From a virus (lineage: Duplodnaviria; Heunggongvirae; Uroviricota; Caudoviricetes), in IMG/VR virus record IMGVR_UViG_3300029577_000119: DNA of 4,793 bases. One strand, 5' to 3'. The translations under genes and the position numbers were made by a program. The notes under the pieces are model-generated. The model was given only the letters and a program-made list of their open reading frames with translations. It was not told the origin of the DNA and made no database searches. This document shows, piece by piece, positions 1 to 4,581 of this stretch; positions within the stretch are counted from its first letter, which is position 1, and each line of letters begins with the position of its first letter.

Positions 1-141
1 GCGGCAGCACCTGACCTTCTCGAAGCACTTCAGTTATTACTTAAGCAATCCAAAAATAGAACAACGACAACATATCCAGAATGGTATGGAGCTGTTAATA
101 AAGGTCTTGCAGCAATCAGAAAAGCTCTTGGGGATAAGTAA
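1..141 (+). CDS. 3' end of an upstream CDS (hypothetical protein, C-terminal 46 codons in window)
   Basis: Frame 1 is open from base 1 to TAA at 139-141 (..AAAPDLLEALQLLLKQSKNRTTTTYPEWYGAVNKGLAAIRKALGDK*). The stop overlaps the next ATG as TAATG (139-143), typical translational coupling. No start within the window, so absent from the ORF track. Product not recognised. Confidence 0.45.
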   Translation, partial: AAAPDLLEALQLLLKQSKNRTTTTYPEWYGAVNKGLAAIRKALGDK

Positions 142-329
142 TGAAAGTAAAAATAACTGCTTCTAATACCAGTTTTGTTAGTGTTGGTGATATTACAGAA
201 GTAATAACAAACCATGATGGAACCCAAGTTATGTGGTCTGATTTTTGTAAAAGATATGAGCGAGTTAGTTGGTGTAAACTCGTATGGGGCGTCGAATACG
301 AAGAATTACCTGAAATGCATGACGAATAA
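141..329 (+). CDS. hypothetical small protein (62 aa), AT-rich
   Basis: ORF-track ORF with ATG at 141 overlapping the upstream stop (TAATG); GGGGA 6-10 nt upstream could serve as SD. Visibly AT-rich (first 60 nt about 30% G+C by hand count) compared with downstream genes. Product not recognised. Confidence 0.55.
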   Translation: MKVKITASNTSFVSVGDITEVITNHDGTQVMWSDFCKRYERVSWCKLVWGVEYEELPEMHDE

Positions 330-334
330 GCACT

Positions 335-362
335 GTGTATTCATTCCAACGAGTGAATACAC
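335..362 (+). repeat. perfect inverted repeat GTGTATTCA-N10-TGAATACAC (hairpin or dimeric protein binding site)
   Basis: Read directly: arms 335-343 and 354-362 are exact reverse complements, 10-nt spacer ttccaacgag. Begins 6 nt after the stop of the 62-aa ORF. No downstream T-tract, so not a canonical intrinsic terminator. Confidence 0.5.
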
Positions 363-422
363 GGAGCAATGTCGCTCGTAACTAAACAGGAGCCGACTTG
401 TTCTGATTATTGGAAATCTTCT

Positions 423-450
423 TTGCCCTCCAGTGTGAGGGCAATTTTTT
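423..450 (+). terminator. rho-independent terminator, + strand orientation
   Basis: TTGCCCTC (423-430) / loop cagtgt / GAGGGCAA (437-444), perfect 8-bp GC-rich stem followed immediately by TTTTTT (445-450). On the opposite strand the hairpin is not followed by a T-run. Confidence 0.7.
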
Positions 451-462
451 GACGGAGGATAT

Positions 463-1431
463 ATGAGTGAAGTAACAGATTTAGTTGTTATTGAAAAAGC
501 AAATGCAATGACTGTATTTCAGTCTGCCGACCAGATTGAAGAAATCCTTCAAAAGGTTGAACGTGAAGTTATGTCCTTTGTGCCTGATATCACAACGGCA
601 AAGGGCAGAAAGGAGATCGCTTCTCTGGCGTATAAAGTTGCGCAGACGAAAACATATCTCGATGGTCTTGGAAAAGACCTTGTTGCTGAACTGAAGGAAA
701 TTCCAAAGCTAATTGATGCCAACCGCAAGACAGTGCGTGATCGCCTTGATGAGCTGAAATCCAAGGCACGCCAGCCTCTTACTGATTATGAGGAGGAACA
801 GGCACGGATTAAAGCCGAAGAAGAAGCTAAGGCAGCAGCTGAAGCTCTCGCAAAGCAAATTGAGTCTGACCATGAAATAGCTATTTTGATGGATCGCGAA
901 TTTGACCGCCAAAGAGAAGAGGCAAGACTCAAAGCGGAGCAGGAAAAGCGAGAGCATGAAGAACGCTTAAAAAGAGAAGCTGAAGAGAAAGCCAGAGCAG
1001 AAGCCGAAGCAAAGGCAAAAGCCGAAATTGAAGCAGCAGCAAGGCGAGAAGCAGAAGCTAAGGCCGCAGCGGAACGTGCAGAGCGTGAACGCATTGAAGC
1101 CGAGCAACGAGCACAGCGCGAAGCAAAAGAGGCAGCAGAACGAGCTGAAAGAGAAAAGCAGGCGGCAATTGAAGCAGAACGCCGAAAAGCACAGGAGGAG
1201 GCTGAACGAATCCGGCGCGAGGCTGAAGCAAAAGAGCAAGCCAGAATAGCAGAAGAAAAAAGAATCAAGGACGAAGAAGAGCGTAGAGCAAAGGATAAAG
1301 CTCACCGGAAAGAAGTAAATAACAAAATACTTGCTGACCTTATCAAGGTTGGCGCATCAGAAGATGTTGCTAAAAATATCATAACAGCCATCGTAAAAGG
1401 CGAAGTATTCGCAACAAAAATAACCTACTAA
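463..1431 (+). CDS. hypothetical protein with a long E/R/K/A-rich predicted single alpha-helix or coiled-coil segment (TolA-domain-II-like composition); function unknown
   Basis: 322-aa ORF; GGAGG at 454-458 upstream of ATG 463. Residues ~108-284 (nt ~784-1314) are almost exclusively E, A, K, R, Q (e.g. REAEEKARAEAEAKAKAEIEAAARREAEAKAAAERAERERIEAEQRAQREAKEAAERAEREKQAAIEAERRKAQEEAERIRREAEAKEQ), flanked by a ~107-aa N-terminal and ~38-aa C-terminal region of ordinary composition. No N-terminal hydrophobic segment. The many minus-strand ORFs over this span are shadows of the repetitive GAA/GCA/AAA codons. Confidence 0.8.
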   Translation: MSEVTDLVVIEKANAMTVFQSADQIEEILQKVEREVMSFVPDITTAKGRKEIASLAYKVAQTKTYLDGLGKDLVAELKEIPKLIDANRKTVRDRLDELKSKARQPLTDYEEEQARIKAEEEAKAAAEALAKQIESDHEIAILMDREFDRQREEARLKAEQEKREHEERLKREAEEKARAEAEAKAKAEIEAAARREAEAKAAAERAERERIEAEQRAQREAKEAAERAEREKQAAIEAERRKAQEEAERIRREAEAKEQARIAEEKRIKDEEERRAKDKAHRKEVNNKILADLIKVGASEDVAKNIITAIVKGEVFATKITY

Positions 1432-1454
1432 TAAACCAACATAAGGAACCACCC

Positions 1455-1586
1455 ATGATTTACGCAATCGCGGGAGGCGCTCGCATGGGTGCCTTCCAAC
1501 TAAATGAATCTTTACTTGAACGAATCACCCGTAAATTACGTGACGGATGGAAAAGAGTTGAGGTCTTATTATGCGCAATGAAATAG
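1455..1586 (+). CDS. cIII: cIII-like protein (FtsH inhibitor / lysogeny regulator homolog), 43 aa
   Basis: Not in ORF track (too short). ATG 1455 preceded by AAGGA at 1444-1448. Translation MIYAIAGGARMGAFQLNESLLERITRKLRDGWKRVEVLLCAMK* matches, from memory, the lambda CIII N-terminus and core amphipathic region (ESLLERITRKLRDGWKR). Shorter than lambda CIII (54 aa) at the C-terminus. Confidence 0.8.
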   Translation: MIYAIAGGARMGAFQLNESLLERITRKLRDGWKRVEVLLCAMK

Positions 1587-1723
1587 CCATCAATCACCAG
1601 ATGCTTCGTGCTGCACAGAACAAAGCAGTAATAGCCAGATTTATTGGTGATTCCAAAATGTGGTTTGAAGCAAATAAAGCGATGAAATCAGCTATCAACC
1701 TTCCGTGGTATCGCAGGAAATGA
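1571..1723 (+). CDS. kil: Kil-like small protein (putative host cell-division inhibitor), 50 aa
   Basis: ATG 1571 with GAGGT 8-12 nt upstream; overlaps the 3' end of cIII by 16 nt in another frame. Translation MRNEIAINHQMLRAAQNKAVIARFIGDSKMWFEANKAMKSAINLPWYRRK*. The IARFIGDSKM motif resembles my recollection of lambda Kil (..ATFIGDEKM..), and the position directly after cIII matches kil in lambda and P22. Identity is from memory and position only. Confidence 0.55.
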   Translation: MRNEIAINHQMLRAAQNKAVIARFIGDSKMWFEANKAMKSAINLPWYRRK

Positions 1724-1878
1724 GTTTTACAGATAACTGGTCAGACGAAGAATTCATTCGTCAGATGAAAGAATTAATCGGTAACGAAGGAGATATTCAT
1801 GTCACTTGCAACCACAGTGAAGGAGAGCAAGTTACAGAGACGCATGTACACGCAGAAAGCTCTCTGGTATCGCCATAA
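1720..1878 (+). CDS. hypothetical small acidic protein (52 aa), candidate 1 for the kil-erf slot
   Basis: ATG 1720 overlaps kil stop (ATGA at 1720-1723). Translation MSFTDNWSDEEFIRQMKELIGNEGDIHVTCNHSEGEQVTETHVHAESSLVSP*. No well-spaced SD. Overlaps the alternative ORF 1799..1969 in a different frame. Confidence 0.35.
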   Translation: MSFTDNWSDEEFIRQMKELIGNEGDIHVTCNHSEGEQVTETHVHAESSLVSP

Positions 1879-1969
1879 TGGCGATCGCGAAGGAATGCGG
1901 GTATGCCTTAATTTGTCCAGAGTCGAAGTTTTAAATCAGCGTTATTTCCTTGGGGAATGTCCATTCTGA
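1799..1969 (+). CDS. hypothetical small basic protein (56 aa), candidate 2 for the kil-erf slot (arf position in P22)
   Basis: ATG 1799 preceded by consensus SD AAGGAG (1786-1791) at 7-nt spacing. Translation MSLATTVKESKLQRRMYTQKALWYRHNGDREGMRVCLNLSRVEVLNQRYFLGECPF*. Ends 10 nt before the erf ATG. Not in ORF track (under 60 aa). Confidence 0.45.
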   Translation: MSLATTVKESKLQRRMYTQKALWYRHNGDREGMRVCLNLSRVEVLNQRYFLGECPF

Positions 1970-1979
1970 GAACAAACAT

Positions 1980-2585
1980 ATGAGCAAAGAATTTTACGCA
2001 AGACTGGCAGCTATTCAGGAGAATCTGAACGCGCCAAAAAATCAGTACAACTCATTCGGTAAATATAAATACAGAAGCTGCGAAGATATTCTTGAAGGCG
2101 TTAAGCCGTTACTGAATGGTCTGTTTTTATCAATCAGCGATGAAGTTGTGTTGATTGGTGATCGGTATTACGTGAAAGCCACGGCAACTATTACCGATGG
2201 CGAAAACAGTCATACGGCAACCGCTCTTGCACGAGAGGAAGAAAGCAAGAAAGGAATGGATTCTGCACAAGTTACGGGAGCTACAAGCTCTTATGCACGC
2301 AAGTATTGCCTCAATGGTTTGTTCGGCATTGATGATGCGAAAGATGCAGATACAGACGAGCATAAACATCAGCAGAACGCAGCAGCAAAGCAATCAAAAC
2401 CATCACCTACACCTGAACAGGTTCTAAAAGCATTCACTGACGCAGCAATGCAGAAAAACACCGTAGAAGAGCTTAAACAGGCGTTCGCCAAAGCGTGGAA
2501 GATGCTCGAAGGCACACCGGAGCAGCACAAAGCGCAGGACGTTTACAACATCAGACGAGACGAATTAGAAGGAGCTGCTGCTTAA
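1980..2585 (+). CDS. erf: Erf-family single-strand annealing protein (essential recombination function)
   Basis: ORF-track ORF 1950..2585 begins at a TTG; the ATG at 1980 gives MSKEFYARLAAIQENLNAPKNQYNSFGKYKYRSCEDILEGVKPLL.., which closely matches my recollection of the phage P22 Erf N-terminus. 201 aa. Followed immediately by ssb with TAATG overlap. Confidence 0.85.
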   Translation: MSKEFYARLAAIQENLNAPKNQYNSFGKYKYRSCEDILEGVKPLLNGLFLSISDEVVLIGDRYYVKATATITDGENSHTATALAREEESKKGMDSAQVTGATSSYARKYCLNGLFGIDDAKDADTDEHKHQQNAAAKQSKPSPTPEQVLKAFTDAAMQKNTVEELKQAFAKAWKMLEGTPEQHKAQDVYNIRRDELEGAAA

Positions 2586-2969
2586 TGGCACATTCGATTA
2601 CTGTAAGACTAAACAAGCCCGCAAGAGAGTTTCAGGCCGNNNNNNNNNNATATCGGATTCAACATCCGTGCTGGCGTTCAGTATTACGATCGCCAGACAA
2701 AAAAGAAAGAATGGACAAACTACAGCGCCGTTGTATTTGCCAAGCCGGGAGCGCAAGCGGATTACTACCGTAGTGTTCTTGTTGAAGGTGGAATTGTGGA
2801 AATTACCGGAGAAAACATCAGGGTTGATGTTTATCAGGGGCAAAATGGTCAATCAATCACTCTTGAATTACTGAATGCAAAGATTGGATTTGCAGCTTCA
2901 GGAAATGGCCAGCAGCAAAGTAGCAATCATCAAAATCATCCTGAATACGACGATTCAATTCCCTTCTAG
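2585..2969 (+). CDS. ssb: phage single-stranded DNA-binding protein (SSB), interrupted by an assembly gap
   Basis: ATG 2585 overlaps erf stop (TAATG). N-terminal MAHSITVRLNKPAREFQA runs into the N-run. After the gap, the frame with codons at 2652.. reads IGFNIRAGVQYYDRQTKKKEWTNYSAVVFAKPGAQADYYRSVLVEGGIVEITGENIRVDVYQGQNGQSITLELLNAKIGFAASGNGQQQSSNHQNHPEYDDSIPF*, ending in the acidic DD(S)IPF tail diagnostic of bacterial/phage SSB. The two halves are in different frames relative to window coordinates, so the 10 Ns do not represent the true gap length. Confidence 0.7.
2640..2649. other. run of 10 N (assembly gap or masked bases)
   Basis: Ten consecutive n characters in the sequence, inside the ssb reading frame. 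Confidence 0.95.
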
Positions 2970-2992
2970 ATTAGCAAAATAAGGCTCCCATT

Positions 2993-3289
2993 ATGCCAGC
3001 GCCTCTGTATGGTGCGGATGACCCGCGCAACTGCTCCGGTAGCTCCAAGGCGGAGGTGCTGGAAAATATCAAAAATAATTTCGACACGTTTATCGATCTT
3101 CCACCAGAAACAAAAGCAGAACGGATGTACCGACGCGATATACAACTCGCGTTAAAAGATGAGAAGGACCGAACAAACGAAACAGCAATGAGACCGTTGC
3201 GAAAAGAGACAATAGACAAATTCCCTGAATATATCGACCCGCGCCTGCGTAATTACCGCTCACGCTATGGCGCTATCAGTAATGACTGA
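2993..3289 (+). CDS. hypothetical protein, 98 aa; possibly Abc2-like anti-RecBCD protein (unverified)
   Basis: ORF-track ORF; ATG 2993 with AAGG 8 nt upstream. Translation [98 protein letters not shown]. The Abc2 suggestion rests only on size (P22 Abc2 is about this length) and position distal to the recombinase in the pL operon; sequence not confirmed from memory. Confidence 0.6.
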   Translation: MPAPLYGADDPRNCSGSSKAEVLENIKNNFDTFIDLPPETKAERMYRRDIQLALKDEKDRTNETAMRPLRKETIDKFPEYIDPRLRNYRSRYGAISND

Positions 3290-3299
3290 GGAATTTACC

Positions 3300-3464
3300 A
3301 TGAGAGGACTTGCATACAATCCCGGCATTCTTCCGGCAGAAATGATTATTCGCCAACGCGTAAAGCCAATGCCATCGAGAGAGAAATTGCTTAAGAGAAA
3401 GAGTTTCGGTTCTGTTAATGACAACAAATATCTGAATGCAATGTTGCGGAGTGGGAAGAAATGA
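3300..3464 (+). CDS. hypothetical small basic protein (54 aa)
   Basis: ORF-track ORF 3267..3464; I prefer the in-frame ATG at 3300, which has GAGGA at 3288-3292 (7-nt spacing) and begins after the 98-aa ORF stop (3287-3289). Translation [54 protein letters not shown]. Stop overlaps the next ATG (ATGA 3461-3464). Confidence 0.5.
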   Translation: MRGLAYNPGILPAEMIIRQRVKPMPSREKLLKRKSFGSVNDNKYLNAMLRSGKK

Positions 3465-4042
3465 AACAAATGTCACTAATTAAGATGGATGGTTTTCTGA
3501 AAGGTAAATGCATCCCATGTGATTTAAAGGTTAACGAAACAAACGCTGAATATCTGGTGCGTAAGTTCGGTGAACTTGAATCAAAACTAGAAACGGCGTT
3601 GCGGGAGTGTCGTTCTGCTGGAATCACGATTGATAACCTTGAGGCCAAGTGCGCGGCGCTGGCTGTGGAGAATGCGTGGCTGAATAAATTTATCGTACAG
3701 AGTTGCTACGTGTTTGACGGCGAGCAGGGTGAACTATCTGATGCGTATATCTGCGCAATAGACGGAAGGATGCCGCAAACCCAAGTCACCGACGCTTTTT
3801 GGGATGAAGTGAAGACTGAAGCACGCAAGGAAGGCGCTTACTTTGTGGCGAACAGAATGCTGGCTGCCTGGGATGCTGGTTTTATTGATGATACTGCGAA
3901 GAACGCAGCGGATATTGCCAGGATGATTCTTACCTCTACTGAGTTTATGGCTAATGCGCCGGAAGGCGATTTCGATCGCTCGTTCGCTGATGGTGTACTC
4001 GAAGACATCGCCGCCCAGATTCGCAAGGGGGACGCGCAATGA
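3461..4042 (+). CDS. hypothetical acidic protein, 193 aa (phage accessory 'ea-region' type gene)
   Basis: ORF-track ORF; ATG 3461 overlaps upstream stop (ATGA). Contains a CxxC pair near the N-terminus (CIPCD), a predicted helical segment ([40 protein letters not shown]) and an acidic C-terminal half. Not recognised. Confidence 0.75.
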   Translation: MKQMSLIKMDGFLKGKCIPCDLKVNETNAEYLVRKFGELESKLETALRECRSAGITIDNLEAKCAALAVENAWLNKFIVQSCYVFDGEQGELSDAYICAIDGRMPQTQVTDAFWDEVKTEARKEGAYFVANRMLAAWDAGFIDDTAKNAADIARMILTSTEFMANAPEGDFDRSFADGVLEDIAAQIRKGDAQ

Positions 4043-4581
4043 GCAACATCGACAAACAGGCGCTGCGTGAAATCGCAGCGGCAGCAGTTGGCGCACATGA
4101 GCGCCTTAGTGTTATGCCGCCTGATGACATTTTCGATATCTCACTGGCAGAAGGAACTCAGCTTGATGCAGATATCACTGCCTTGAACGCGCTGAACTCC
4201 GCAGCAAACCCCACTACCGTGCTGGCGCTGCTGGCATCGCTGGAAGCCGCAGAGAAGCGCATTGCAGAACTGGAAGCGCGTGCATTCAATCCTGCAATTC
4301 TGGATGTGATAGCAGAGCGCCAGCGGCAACAATCGGTTGAGGGGTGGATGCCAGAGCATGATGACGAACACTGCAACGGGGAACTGGCAATGGCGGCGGT
4401 TTGTTACATAAACGAAACAGGAACTGTTAACCGCAATGGTGGCAAGCCGTGGGGGTGGCCTTGGGATACTTCATGGTGGAAGCCAAATGCCCGCCGTCTC
4501 AACCTGGTAAAAGCAGGGGCTTTAATTCTGGCTGAAATCGAACGCATAGACCGCGCCGCTGGCATCGGTAAGGGGGAGTGA
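4039..4581 (+). CDS. hypothetical protein, 180 aa; possibly Ead/Ea22-like family (unverified), with a Trp-rich C-terminal motif
   Basis: ORF-track ORF; ATG 4039 overlaps upstream stop (ATGA 4039-4042), AAGGGGGA upstream. The segment TTVLALLASLEAAEKRIAELEARA resembles a motif I associate with Ead/Ea22-like prophage proteins. C-terminal part carries HDDEHCNGELAMAAVCY and GGKPWGWPWDTSWWKP. Family assignment is from memory only. Confidence 0.75.
   Translation: MSNIDKQALREIAAAAVGAHERLSVMPPDDIFDISLAEGTQLDADITALNALNSAANPTTVLALLASLEAAEKRIAELEARAFNPAILDVIAERQRQQSVEGWMPEHDDEHCNGELAMAAVCYINETGTVNRNGGKPWGWPWDTSWWKPNARRLNLVKAGALILAEIERIDRAAGIGKGE

Noticed and set aside
30-227. Minus-strand 65-aa ORF overlapping the upstream partial CDS and the 62-aa ORF
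   Set aside because: Antisense to two translationally coupled + strand ORFs in an otherwise strictly unidirectional array; no supporting RBS noted.
374-444. nut-like element: boxA-like CGCTCGTAA (374-382) and a boxB-like GCCCTC..GAGGGC stem (425-442)
   Set aside because: The boxA-like match has a mismatch and lies about 45 nt from the hairpin (lambda boxA-boxB spacing is under 10 nt). The hairpin has a 6-nt loop unlike the lambda boxB pentaloop and is followed by T6, so it is better explained as an intrinsic terminator. nut sites would also be expected upstream of the N gene, not here.
549-1305. Minus-strand ORFs 549..764, 709..957, 786..1268, 967..1305 and + strand alternative-frame ORF 1028..1249
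   Set aside because: All lie inside the 463..1431 CDS and are produced by its repetitive GAA/GCA/AAA-rich low-complexity region. Their translations are Ala/Ser/Phe/Cys/Leu-rich low-complexity strings with no independent start signals. Treated as shadow ORFs.
463-1431. Calling the 322-aa protein TolA
   Set aside because: Only the composition of the central region resembles TolA domain II. There is no N-terminal transmembrane anchor or TolA C-terminal domain that I can see, and the gene sits in a phage operon.
1878-1934. 18-codon ORF starting at ATG 1878 (TAATG overlap with ORF 1720..1878)
   Set aside because: Too short to support and it lies inside the better-supported 1799..1969 ORF.
1950-1979. 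ORF-track start (TTG) for erf at 1950, giving a 10-residue N-terminal extension MGNVHSENKH
   Set aside because: The in-frame ATG at 1980 gives an N-terminus (MSKEFYARL..) matching my recollection of P22 Erf, and the extension would overlap the preceding small ORF. The shorter form is preferred.
2130-2427. ORFs 2130..2393 (-) and 2197..2427 (+) inside erf
   Set aside because: Fully nested within the well-supported erf CDS in other frames or antisense; no independent evidence.
2495-2874. ORF-track ORFs 2495..2773 (+), 2668..2874 (+) and 2598..2852 (-) around the N-run
   Set aside because: 2495..2773 is the ssb N-terminal frame extended upstream into erf and carried across the Ns into a wrong frame. 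The others are alternative-frame or antisense ORFs within ssb. The frame ending in DDSIPF is the biologically sensible one.
3267-3299. Upstream ATG starts (3267, 3282) for the small basic ORF
   Set aside because: They would overlap the 3' end of the 98-aa ORF and lack a spaced SD, whereas ATG 3300 has GAGGA at 7-nt spacing. Kept as a possibility only.
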